The position numbers were made by a program, and so were the translations under genes. A model generated the notes under the pieces. The model did no database searches. It was given only the letters and a program-made list of their open reading frames with translations, and was not told the origin of the DNA. From Macrostomum lignano (lineage: Eukaryota), in NCBI GenBank assembly GCA_002269645.1, contig NIVC01001166.1, positions 1 through 64,000 on the forward strand: a DNA stretch of 64,000 nucleotides, written 5' to 3'. Positions 34,936 to 47,200 of the stretch are shown piece after piece. The first letter of the stretch is position 1; the number at the start of each line of letters is the position of its first letter.

Positions 34936-35940
34936 AAAGACTGTTAGGGCTTAGCAGAACTGGCATCCAGAGAACTAATACCCTATAAGGTTCCAGAACG
35001 GCTTTATAGCTAGTGTCGACAAAAGCAATGCAGCGTATCCTCCGATGGCCACGCCGGCTGACTGAGGGAAAAAAAAGATAGCAAATTCAGGAGAAATCCT
35101 AAATATATGAAAATCAGGGACTAAACCGTCTTTTTACGAATAAAAAAGCCATTGCAGTTCAGTGTAGCGATTGATCTCTTTTATTGAGAACAGTGATACA
35201 GCGGTGTCTGTTTATGCTCGCAGTCAAAATCATTGCCACGCGTCAGTTGCCATTGCTGGTACAGCTGTATATTTTTAAGGGAATTCCCTGTATCCAGTTT
35301 CAATTGATATATGATCACAAAAAAACGCAACGCTTATCCGGTTATCGCAGGTGTAGGCTATATATAGGGAGAAAGAAATACAGGCTTATAGTGCGCTAAA
35401 ATCGAAATCTGCAGAAAAGCAAGTGTGTGATGCTACTGTAAACATGCAAGTGTACTCGTATATATAAAAATAAGCAGCTTTTATTTGTTACAATTTATAT
35501 TCAGCGCTAACAGTCAAATATGTATATCTACATTTGCGACAATGCTCGTGCTCATTGTTTACGTTTAACCTATTGTATCGCAGGACTACAGTTTACAGCA
35601 CCTAGTTAACTATTTATAATTCACCAGAGGATTTGACAAAAGAAAAACTGGCAAATTATTTAGTGAGAAAAAAGTGGTCTTCTTAACTTCGCCTGCTAAG
35701 CTGCATTGAACAGTAGCTTTCGATGGAGCTGAAACTCGAGAAGAAATTTATTGCTGGTTTACATTTTCCGCTTGCATCCTTTCTAAATAGTAAAATTTTT
35801 ATTGTTTGTAATTGCAAGGCGCCTCTTTGTAAGTAGGGCGAGCAGGGCGGCGCGCATCAATAATTAATTAGATCGACCTATATATAGAATATATACACGA
35901 AGTACTAGGTGCTTGTAAAACTGCCTTTCTCACCGGAGTG

Positions 35941-38900
35941 CTAACTGACTATGCCCAGTCTTCTCTGCTGATTGTACATGGTTACAATGTTGTACAGCAT
36001 GTCCACAATCTCCACTATGCACACAAATGTCAGTCCGACCCAGATCGATAACAGACCACCGATCTGACTGAGCAGCGATGTCATTGAGATCACAGCCTTC
36101 TCTTCGATTCGTTCGATTTCAAAGTTGGATTTGCCTCGATTAATCAATATCTCGATGAAATTCTTTTGTATGTAATCGATGTCGCCCAGCATCTGCTCCG
36201 CTTTCTGCGGATTGTCTTTGACGGCTGTGTACACGGGATCGTAGATCTGCTTGAGCCGCCTGTGCACCGGGTCCAGATACGATGAATTCCTAGCCATTAT
36301 TCCCTTTCTGTACAGGCTGTCGATTCGCAGCATCATCTGCTCAAAGTCGCGTAGGATTTCGTATAGATAGGCTTTTGTTGGCCAGTTGGTGGTGCTTATG
36401 GTTGTGCCATAGGTATAATATGTGCAAGGCGTGAAGCATTCTTTGTCCGTCACATTGCCCGCCACCTTGAAGATCTCCATATTACATGTGACGCGTCGGA
36501 GAAAGTCTTTAAATTCGGCATTGTTAATAAAGCTAGGCAGCTGGACTCTGTCCGCACTGATGTTGTAATATCTTGCTAAAGTCTGTCTTGCAGACGGCGT
36601 ATCCTGAGCGGCGATGACACTGCTATTCGTGTATAGTGAAAACTGGCGTGGTGGAATCATACCGCAGTAGTGCAGGCCGGTGTCCAACATGCTATCTGGC
36701 AGCGGGATGGTGCTGTCCAGGCAGTCGCATTTCCGCATGATTTGCTCGTGCAGAACCTGTCAATTGAGAGGTTGAAGTGCGAGATAGGAGATGGCGCAGT
36801 AAAGAGGAACAAAGCCTCGGGCATTTGACGCCCGAAATTCCCCAGGAGAACCCTAATCTCAGTCCCTGGTTTCCTGCAATTTTTTCGTCTTGTGCGTCGT
36901 TTTTTTCGTTCGGCTTAGCTTTGCTCTCGATCCCCTTATCATGGCTTTTGCCCCTGCGTAAGTCTAAGGGATCTACTAGATTTTCTTCCCATTCCTCTTT
37001 TTGGCTGGCTGTCTTGACGGCTTCTCATATAGGGGGCTCCTTCCTTTCTTTTCTCTCACTCTCTCCCGCTCTCTACTCTCCTATCCTCTTATCCTATGCT
37101 GCTGGACTTCTTTCGGTGCAGAGCCGCGCCTGTTCAAGAAGGTGGGCACGGGTACCCTCACTTAATTTGCAAGTGTCCTTGGAGCCCGCTACCAAGCCTA
37201 ATATAAGCGGACACCCTTCCCTGCGGCTTTGGAAACTGCAGCCATATGGTTTAACAAAATTTGTAACCGCAACTCTTCATGCTACTCTGGCGAGTCCACA
37301 ACCTCGTTTGAATTTTCCTGCTCCTACTCTCTCTAGCTGACGGACTCGGAGCACAAGATAGCTCGAGCGTACAATCTGCAGGCTGCAGCGCGACAAATTT
37401 TTTTATCGAATCCGCCTCGGGACTCGGTTTTTCTCTGATTTTCTGCATGTCTGAGTCAACTGCGGCTGCGGCGTTTTCTTTTTATCCTATGGCGGCTAGT
37501 TTTATATTCCACCGAACCTCTGATTTTGCGACTGCTGCCCAAAGCAAACAATTTACTTACCTTCTTCTTGCAAGCTTCGTAGCTGTAAGTGAAGTTGCTG
37601 TGACTAAACAGCATAGAAGGCGGCACAGCCTTTGAGCAACGGCCGTGCGGCGGCTCCTTCATCATCCACTCCTTGGTGTCGAATCTAATCTCAGTCAAGC
37701 TGCCCGGCTTGATGTTTAAACCCTCCTCCTGCACCTCCGGATAGTTGCCTGCGTTATGCAGCTGTACCCGTAGCCCGGACACCTGCGTGGCGGGAAATTC
37801 ACTGCAATCGGGACAGTAGGTTAAATTCCTCTCGTTTGTGTAAGCCATTATTCGCACGGTTAGTATGCGGTTGGTGTAGTTGGCGCCCGCTGTGAACGTG
37901 TAGCAGTTAAGAAATTTGTTATCGTAAGTTCGCGTCCAGGTGCCAATGGTCTCACAGAATTTGGATCTTTTAAAGTCCTTGATTAGAATTGTGCTCTCGC
38001 AAATAAGAATTGTTTGGTCTAAAGTGTGGCCGAATTGTGTCGTGTTTATTCCTGCCGGAACATTCTCGTAGTATCCTTTGGTGTCGAATATGGTGCTGAG
38101 AGCATCCTTGATAGTCTCGTTGAACTCACTCGATGCGTCATTCATTTTCATGTTGGCTTGCGTGTTTCTAATCGCTCTAAACACATTTGACGTGTACTGT
38201 TTGGGCAGCATCATACTGTGACTGTGTATGAAATGGATGCCATCTTGCGATAGGGGCCGCGTGTTGCACACCGTGAATGATGGAAACTGCACAGGAAAGT
38301 TGCGTATCGTTTTCGGCTGATGGATGACGTCATATGCCAGGTACTGGTTGATAATTAGGGCTAGGCATGTAAAACAGCCGAAGAAAAAGGCGAATGTGAA
38401 GATAATCCAAATATACTTTAGCAGTCTCTCGTTAGTTTTCACAATCTTTGGCACGCCTCGCAGGGAGGTAGTCTGGCAGTAGTTTATAAAGTTTCTCTTG
38501 ATTATCTGTAGCAGCAACTCCCCATTTGCAACAGCTTGTTTCTGCTGCGGTTGCTGTTGGAGCTCCAGCTGTTGTTGTTCCTCTTTGCCTAGTAGACACT
38601 GCGAATCTCTCGAAGGCACTGATGTTGTTTGTAGCTGATTGAGCTCAGTCGACATTTCCATAAATTCCGACGAGTCCCCTGGCTGTGGCGGCTCAGTGAA
38701 GCAGCGACTAATATTTCTTTTCGTTGGTCCTGGCGAACGATAGCCGCTAGCGAAGTCGCGCTCGCTTCTGCGCACCCACGGATTTGGATAGAAATCCGGC
38801 CTGCTTTGAAATTGACGACCGACGCTTCCGCTGCTGGCGCCACCACCGGCCCCACCGCTTCCTCCGCTGACACCCAGATCGCCGTTTCGTCTGACCACAT

Positions 38901-38970
38901 TTTGCAGCGGCAGAAGTCGATCTAAATTGAACGATGAAGTATTGAATTGAATGTTAAAAATTTCTTTCAA
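35941..38970 (-). CDS. DEG/ENaC (amiloride-sensitive/ASIC/FaNaC superfamily) channel; exons ~38970-37561 and 36756-35941; start uncertain
   Basis: Pre-TM1 [19 protein letters not shown]1, [26 protein letters not shown]...YSYEACKK|[16 protein letters not shown]....Y, and TM2 [23 protein letters not shown]. Intron GTAAGT (37560) to GACAG (36757). Confidence 0.92.
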
Positions 38971-40745
38971 GAAGGTGACGTTTAGATGTATTTACTATAA
39001 CATTTGAATTTATAAGAAACCACCAATGCCGAGTGAGATGGTGAATGCTTTGTGCAGCAGATAGCAAACGCTCCGGTTTGGTTTGCTTGAAGCTTTTTTT
39101 GCCTCGCAAAAGTGCAACGCGTAGCCAAAAATGCAGACAAAAGGAATGCGTTGCAATCTTCAAATTATTTTCTATTGGATATGATTGGAGACAAAGACAT
39201 GCTAGCTATTTTTGCCCGATTCGTTGAGAACAATAGAGACAAAAGTCAATGTAATTGACGAGCTTGAAATTCTCGCGCCAGACTGGCGCGGCTTCTGGCA
39301 ATCTTCGATTTGCCATGTGGAGTAGGAAAATGCGAATAATGGAATGAAAAAAACACAATAAAATTTCATTCAAGACTAGGCAGTTCTTTATGTGGGACAA
39401 TATTCATTGAATAAATTTGGTTTAAATTTGACTGCTCTGCCACAAATGGATTAAGCTCCTTTGCTTAAAAAGGGGGGGGCAACTTACTTAATTCGTCCAT
39501 ATGATAGCGCTGTTGTCTGCTAGCAATTGTGACAGCTGGTGGGTCACACGGAAATTCCTGCTGCTTCTGTTTCTTTTCGTCCTGCTCTGCCTTCATTTCC
39601 CAAACGGCCCCTCCGTTTCTGTCCAGCTGTTGCGAGGCGGAGCCTTTTTAAATATTAGTCTTGTGCTATTTTTCTCTGCCTTTCTCTTTCCGTCTCCGGA
39701 TTTCCCTTTCGATCTCTGCCTGCTCACTATCCTGTTATTTAGATTTGTCAGACTTTTTTCAGGCTCTCTACGTCTGTTTCAATCGCTTCTTTAGCAGCTA
39801 AGCTTTAGACACGCAAAGGAAGTCGAGAAAAAAGAAAAATCCTATTGCCGAAGGGGAGCTGGAAAAACCGGATGAGGAGCCGGGACTTGGTGCTCTCTCT
39901 CTTTGATAATTTATTTCGATCTGCGTGCCAGGGGGAGCCGCGCATCAGAAGCGGCGCCGGGGTTCTATTGGCCGCTGTGAAAGCCAATCCAAGCCATCGG
40001 AGTGAACAATATGGAGCTGTTGACTTTGCGATAGGAGCTCTCAGCTAGCGTTTGCGTTTGAAGGAACCAAGCGCACTGTAATTCTGCTTTTCATTCTTTA
40101 TTTGTATTTTGCTAACCCGGATAATTTCATTTTACTTGTAGATAGCGTCAAGCATTGCCTATTTGCGGGAAAGAGTCGGGTAGATCTTAAGAGTTGCTCG
40201 TATCGCTCCATCGAGGTCAAATAGATTGCAGAGGGTATGTTTGAGCCACTCGTCTGAATGCGAAAGCAAACCTACTCCATATGCTGGGTACTTGAAGATC
40301 TATTCAATTGGATTCTCTATTGTTCTAGTAGACAATAGGCAAAATGCATTAACAAAGCTTTATAGTCAAACGTTACCTGCCATCACTGCTGCTTGCTATT
40401 CGCTCAGGCCTAAATTCTCAAGTGCATGTCTGCTCTCGTTTTGTTAGGCGAATTCGAGGCTCTCTCTCTCTCTCTCTCTCTGGCTTTATGGTTTTCAAGT
40501 GTAATAGGGAAAAACTACCGCGTGTTTTTTGAACTCCCAAATGCGATACAGTAGGATAATATTCGTACAGTACGTATTGGTTTTACACGTGTTAGAGACC
40601 GGAATTGGTACGTGTGGAAGTGCATGTAGATACGGCCCATCCAAGAGATGGACTAGATGGCTTGGCTGTTGCCTTTACATCTTCTTAAGGCAGCTAATAG
40701 CATGTTTTCACCTTTCTCTCCAGAAGCAGCGCAGAAGTGTAAGTC

Positions 40746-41585
40746 ATGAGCGCCGGCGGCAGCGGTAGCGCCTACGCTCAGGTGAAGCCCGGCCGATTGC
40801 GCCTAAAATCGGACAAACTGTCGGCCAGCGGCAGCTCCTCGGACAAGCAAAAAAAGCAGAAGAAGCACAAGCGAAAACGGCGACATGACGAGTCGGAGGG
40901 CGGCGGCGCCAAGGACGCCGCGGACACGGCCAGCCATGGCGGCTGGTGGGCGGTCTCGACCATTGAGGAGGCCACGGGCAGCCTGGCTATCGAGCTGGAG
41001 CCGCACTCGTACGCTCTAGCACTGGACAATGGCCGGTTCGCAGTCGGTCCGGCCCACCCGCCAGGCGAGGGCCCCTCGCCCGAGGAGATTCTGGTGGCGA
41101 TGCGGCTGCCAGACGGCCGGCTGGGCTTGAAGTCCGGCTACGGCAAGTTCCTCGGCCTGGACTCAAACGGTGACCGGCTTGTTGGCTTGGCTGACGCCAT
41201 GGGGCCGCGGGAGCTGTGGCAGCCGGTGTTTCAGGACGGCCGCACCGCCCTGCTGGGCGCCAACGGCTGCTTTCTCGGCCTGCACGACGAAATCGGCCTG
41301 GCCTGCCGCAGCCAACGAGTCACCGGCGACTCCGACACCGTCACTCTGCGCTGCAACGCCAATCTGGACGTGGATCCCAAGCTGCGTCTGGCGCCCGAGG
41401 AGCGCCAAGGTGTTGCGCAGGCCGAGGTTAATTACGCTAAAAAATTTCAGAGCTGGCAGGACGGCAAGCTGCGGCTTTCCAAGGGGGACAAGGCCGACCT
41501 GAAGCGGGCTAAGAAGGACGGCAGCCTGCACGAGACCATGCTGGACAGGCGGGAGAAGCAGAAGTCTGACAAGTTCTGCAAGTGA
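40746..41585 (+). CDS. FRG1: FRG1 (FSHD region gene 1) fascin-like nucleolar/spliceosomal protein, intronless
   Basis: AYAQVKPGRLRLK, HGGWW, YALALDNGRF, PSPEEIL, LKSGYGKFLG, DAMGPRELWQPVFQDGRTALLGANGCFL, KKFQSWQD, DGSLHETMLDRREKQKSDKFCK*. Confidence 0.95.
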   Translation: MSAGGSGSAYAQVKPGRLRLKSDKLSASGSSSDKQKKQKKHKRKRRHDESEGGGAKDAADTASHGGWWAVSTIEEATGSLAIELEPHSYALALDNGRFAVGPAHPPGEGPSPEEILVAMRLPDGRLGLKSGYGKFLGLDSNGDRLVGLADAMGPRELWQPVFQDGRTALLGANGCFLGLHDEIGLACRSQRVTGDSDTVTLRCNANLDVDPKLRLAPEERQGVAQAEVNYAKKFQSWQDGKLRLSKGDKADLKRAKKDGSLHETMLDRREKQKSDKFCK

Positions 41586-41593
41586 CCTGCAAC

Positions 41594-41611
41594 TGTCTGT
41601 CTGTCTACCTG

Positions 41612-41672
<61 letters not shown>

Positions 41673-41675
41673 GCT
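41594..41675. repeat. (TCTG)n microsatellite just after the FRG1 stop
   Basis: Direct reading. Confidence 0.95.
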
Positions 41676-42451
41676 TATCTTTACTAATTCTGTTTGAACA
41701 GGAATACTTAGAAAATTGATATCAGTGTAAATTATTGTTTAGGGAGATAAAGGATACAATTCCTATTGTTTCACTTCTTCACTTCTTCATTCACCAAGCA
41801 GCGTTGTTTTTATTAACTTTTCTTTCCGTCATTGCTACTACCGTTAGTAGTGTAAGTAATAATGCTAAACTTTAATCTAATCTGGCATTTCTGAATGTCT
41901 GAATCGACTATTGCCTATTGTTGCATTGGTTCAAATGTAATGTAAGCCGGTATATATTGTATGACCAATTCTATGCAGTAAACTTTATTTATTTGCTTTG
42001 TGACTGCCTTTAATTTCGAACTTTATATACTCCGCAATCCGCAAGTTCTTTTGTTTTTAAGAAACTGTAAAAAGTATTGTGCGTTAAATAAACAATTTTA
42101 AGGACGTGTTCCTATATGGGACTTTGCTGCCTTCGCTGGGGCTGGCGGACACACTGAAGCCTTTGTCATTTTAACATTGTCCAAATATTTGCTTGATAGA
42201 TTTAGTCTAATCCCTGCATCTGGTGCCGTGCATTTGGATTTCCGAATTCCTCTTTGGGTAGCCTTCTTTGATTTCTGTCCCGATGTTTGCGCTCCCCTAG
42301 TCTAATCCCCTGACCTTCTCGAGGGGGGCTTCTGCAAACATGGACTTATCGATCTGAGTGTCCGGATTGAAGACCACTATTTCTTCATCATTACAAAGCC
42401 TGTAGCTGTGTTTTTGTTATGGTTTTTCAAGTTGAATTAGAAGTCTCGGCG

Positions 42452-43440
42452 CTAAGGCACTAAGACTAAGGCACTAAGGCACTAAGATACTAAGATACTA
42501 AGGCACTAAGATACTAAGATACTAAGGCACTAAGATACTAAGATACTAAGGCACTAAGATACAAGATACAAAGACACTAAGACACTAAGACACTAAGATA
42601 CTAAGGCACCAAGATACTAAGGCACTAAAACACTAAGGCACTAAGACACTAAGACACTAAGACACTAAGACACTGAGACACTAAGACACTAAGACACTAA
42701 GATACTAAGGCACTAAGATACTCGTACTAAGGCACTAAGACACTAAGGCACTAATGCACTAAGATACTAAGGCACTAAGACACTAAGACACTAAGACACT
42801 AAGACACTAAGATACTAAGGCACTAAGATACTCGTACTAAGGCACTAAGACACTAAGGCACTAATGCACTAAGATACTAAGGCACTAAGACACTAAGACA
42901 CTAAGACACTAAGACACTAAGATACTAAGGCACTAAGATACTCGTACTAAGGCACTAAGACACTAAGGCACTAATGCACTAAGATACTAAGGCACTAAGA
43001 TACTAAGGCACTAAGATACTAAGACACTAAGACACTAAGACACTAAGGCACTAAGATACTAAGGCACTAAGACACTAAGGCACCAAGATACTAAGGCACC
43101 AAGATACTAAGGCACCAAGATACTAAGGCACCAAGATACTAAGGCACCAAGATACTAAGGCACCAAGATACTAAGGCACCAAGATACTAAGGCACCAAGA
43201 TACTAATGCACTAAGATACTAAGGCACTAAGATACTAAGGCACTAAGATACTAAGACACTAAGACACTAAGACACTAAGGCACTAAGATACTAAGGCACT
43301 AAGACACTAAGGCACCAAGATACTAAGGCACCAAGATACTAAGGCACCAAGATACTAAGGCACCAAGATACTAAGGCACTAAGAAACTAAGACACTAAGA
43401 CACTAAGACACTATGACGCCAAGGCATGAAGGCACTAAAA
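42452..43440. repeat. 9-bp satellite
   Basis: (ACTAAGGC/ACTAAGAC/ACTAAGAT)n with 120-bp higher-order blocks near 42720-42960. Confidence 0.95.
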
Positions 43441-44015
43441 CATCATACACCCTATCCGGGCCCATTTACGAATATTCAATTTTTACGAGGTGAAAGAACT
43501 GCACGGAGTATGAAATATTTGATCTTTTCTCTCGGGAAAAGTTTCGCAGTCAATCCAGTTGCCAAGGCCTAGTATTCCATGCTATACAGATTAAAGGAAT
43601 GCAACTGTTATCCTTTGCTGTGAGAAAGATAGATGGGCCACAGCCAGATCTACAGGCGATTAGTTCTGTACAGAATCAAAGCGGCTTTGTACTGCTGTGC
43701 ACACCCACACAGCCACCCCTCCGCCCCTGTCAGCAGCCTGACTAACTCGAATCCCTACTTACTACTAGATTTAGCAATTCAATATTCTAGTTTTCACCTT
43801 AATATGCATATTTCCGTCTCATCGCATTAACATTCCGTGCTCAGAGCAGCTTAAGAGAGAGAGAGAGAGAGAGAGTATTTGAGCCTTAAAGTCTCTTGAA
43901 GTTAGAATTGTTACTAAGCTGAAAGCTTCTTGACTCTGCCTGCCCTTCCGTCTTCTGCCGGCCTGTATGTGCGGCTTCGCGGCGCTGTAAATCCCGAGGA
44001 TTCCGTTTATAATTT

Positions 44016-44121
44016 GATTGGCTGTCGGCGCGCACTGGCCTGAAGTATGCTCCCCCCCCTACTTTTTCCCTCTCTTTCCTTCCTGTTCCTTCCCCTATCT
44101 ATCCTGCGTGTGTCTATAAAA
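44016..44121 (+). promoter_or_regulatory. Glutaminase promoter: reverse CCAAT (GATTGGCT 44016) and TATA box (TATAAAA 44115)
   Basis: Consensus motifs ~100 bp apart, upstream of an exon ending ATGG|GTAAGA. Confidence 0.6.
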
Positions 44122-44231
44122 ACTTCTAGGCTGCAGTTCTCAAATCGATCAATCAGCAAAAGATTTCTCTACAACTGACTCCTGTCTGTCCATCTGTTTG
44201 TTAATTACAAAGCTAAAAATAGTCAATAATT

Positions 44232-47200
44232 ATGGGTAAGATATGCCATTTGTTCTTATGCTCGTATTTATAACTCAACAACCAAAGCAGCTGGGAACTT
44301 AGTACTTCAGAAGAAGCCAGCCAGACTATTCACAATACTCCTTTCTCGTCTTGGCACTGTAAGATTGGGGCGAAGCTAGACCAACTAGCTTAGGAAATTT
44401 GGGTTGCTGGAATCTGCCTTCGCTTTGATTCTCCACCAGTGTTAAATGTCGCATGGGCCGCCAGAGAAAAGAGAGAGACAGGGGCCTGTGCCTGCGTGTC
44501 AGCTGTTATTGAACATCCCCGACACGCTGACTAATAGTCTGTGTCCGGCTAAGTATAAAATTTCTAAGCCCTTGCCCTGTTGCGGTGTTTCTTTTCCTAA
44601 AGCAAACGCCCAGTCTCGGCTAGCTGACTGTTCCTTGTTTTCAATCGGCAATTCTTCCCGCAGCTGTAGTCGCGGCAATGCAGACCCCGCTGCGCCGTTC
44701 GTCCAGCCTCTCAACTGAGGACGTGCGCAAATTTCGAGACGAGAACGAGCGAAAATCGCGCGAAATCCAGTCGGCCAACGCGTGCGAGACTGTATTTGAA
44801 ATTCTGAAAGATCGCAACCGAAATCGTGTGTCGATCAGTCGGATTCTGAGCACCATCGAGGGCGCCGGGATCCAGCTGACCGACCCCAGGCTCAAGGAAT
44901 GCATTCGCAACATTCAGAATCTGCAGAAGCGCAGCATCAAATCTGAGGACGACGCCAAGAACTCGTTTTTCCTTGACAAGAAGACCTTCACCGAGGTAGT
45001 ACGCGACAATGTGATCATGCTGCTGACTATCCTGCAGAACGACTTTGTCATACCGGAGTTCCACGAGTTCACGCACCACATTAAAGCCATCTTTGAGAAC
45101 TGCCGCGACAATCGGGAAGGCGCGCCGGCCAGTTACATCCCTCAGCTGGCCCGCTTCGATCCCAACTACTGGGCCGTGTCCATCTGCACCATTGACGGCC
45201 AGCGGTTCAACTGCGGCGACTATCATGTGCCGTTCTGTCTGCAGTCGACTAGCAAGCCGTTGAATTACGCCATCGCGCTCACCGAGCTCGGCTGCGACGA
45301 GGTGCACAAGTCGGTTGGCTACGAGCCGTCCGGCATCAGCTTCAATTCTATCGCTCTGAACGACAACAAGCGACCGCATAATCCCATGGTTAATAGCGGA
45401 TCGATTATCATCTGCAGCTTGATTAGACGGATGGAACATCTGGCAGATAGATTCGATTATGTTATGCAGGTTAGGCCGATGAGACTATTGATTCTTTACT
45501 AAGCCAAGTCTTTGTTTGATTTTGTTCACTTAATAGTCTTTGTTTAGCTTTTTCGCCTTGACGTGTACACTAATCCTTCTACTTATATGAGTAGTCTTTG
45601 TTTGGCTTGTGTGTACTACTTCTACTTATATGAGTAGTCTTTGTTTGGCTTGTGTGTACTACTTCTACTTATATGAGTAGTCTTTGTTTGGCTTGTGTGT
45701 ACTACTTCTACTTATATGAGTAGTCTTTGTTTGGCTTGTGTGTACTACTTCTACTTATATGAGTAGTCTTTGTTTGGCTTGTGTGTACTACTTCTACTTA
45801 TATGAGTAGTCTTTGTTTGGCTTGTGTGTACTACTTCTACTTATATGAGTAGTCTTTGTTTGGCTTGTGTGTACTACCTCTACTTATATGAGTAGTCTTT
45901 GTTTGGCTTGTGTGTACTACTTCTACTTATATGAGTAGTCTTTGTTTGGCTTGTGTGTACTACTTCTACTTATATGAGTAGTCTTTGTTTGGCTTGTGTG
46001 TACTACTTCTACTTATATGAGTAGTCTTTGTTTGGCTTGTGTGTACTACTTCTACTTATATGAGTAGTCTTTGTTTGGCTTGTGTGTACTACTTCTACTT
46101 ATATGAGTAGTCTTTGTTTGGCTTGTGTGTACTACTTCTACTTATATGAGTAGTCTTTGTTTGGTTAGTCGTGTGCACTACTCCTGCCTATATGAGTAGT
46201 CTTTGTTTGGTTAGTCGTGTGCGCTATTCTTTATATCTCGTATGTGAATTCTTTGTTTTGTGTTTTAATGTCTGTTCCATCCATCTTTGTATTTCTGTTT
46301 GGATTCTCCTGTTTGCATCTAAATTTTCTTGGCCTAGTCTTTATCCAAGAGATCAGCCATCATTTATCCCCCCCCGCCGCAGGAGTACAAGCGCATGGCC
46401 GGCAACGAATACCTGGGCTTCAACAATCCCACATTTCTATCGGAACGCGAAACCGCGGACAGGAACTTCGCCCTGGCCTACTACATGAAGGAGAACGGCT
46501 GCTTCCCGCCAGGCACCAATCTGAAGGAGACTCTGGACTTCTACTTTCAGCTCTGCTCAGTCGAGGTCAACTGCGAATCAGCCGCCGTCATTGCCGGCAC
46601 TCTTGCTAATGGAGGCATCTGCCCGCTCACTGGCGAGCCGGTGCTGTCCCCGGAGGCCGTCCGGGACACTCTGTCCCTCATGCACAGCTGTGGCATGTAC
46701 GACTACAGCGGCCAATTCGCTTTCAAGTGCGGCCTGCCGGCCAAGTCAGGCGTGTCCGGCGTGATCCTACTGGTCATCCCCAACCTCATGGGCATCGCGC
46801 TCTGGTCTCCGCCGCTGGATAAGCAGGGCAACTCCTGCCGGGGCATCCAGTTCTGCAAGGAGCTGGTAGCCAAGTTCAACTTTCACAATTACGATTCGTT
46901 AATTTACACCCAGGATAAGCTGGACCCGAGGCGGGCCCACGTGGAGACTCAGAGTAGCGAAGTTGTGTCCATTCTGTTCTCCGCCTCCAACAATGACATC
47001 ACGGCGCTTAGGTAAGTATTTTTGTTGTCCTTTAGGTACGGTCCTTTTCGTCTGGGCCGCCATCAAACCCTCCTGAGGTCCTTGCAGTCTTTCTGGGCCG
47101 CCATCAAACCCTCCAGAGGTCCTTTCAGTCAGTCTGGGCCGCCATCAAGCCCTCCTGAGGTCCTTTCAGTCTTTCTGGGCCGCCATCAAACCCTCCTGAG

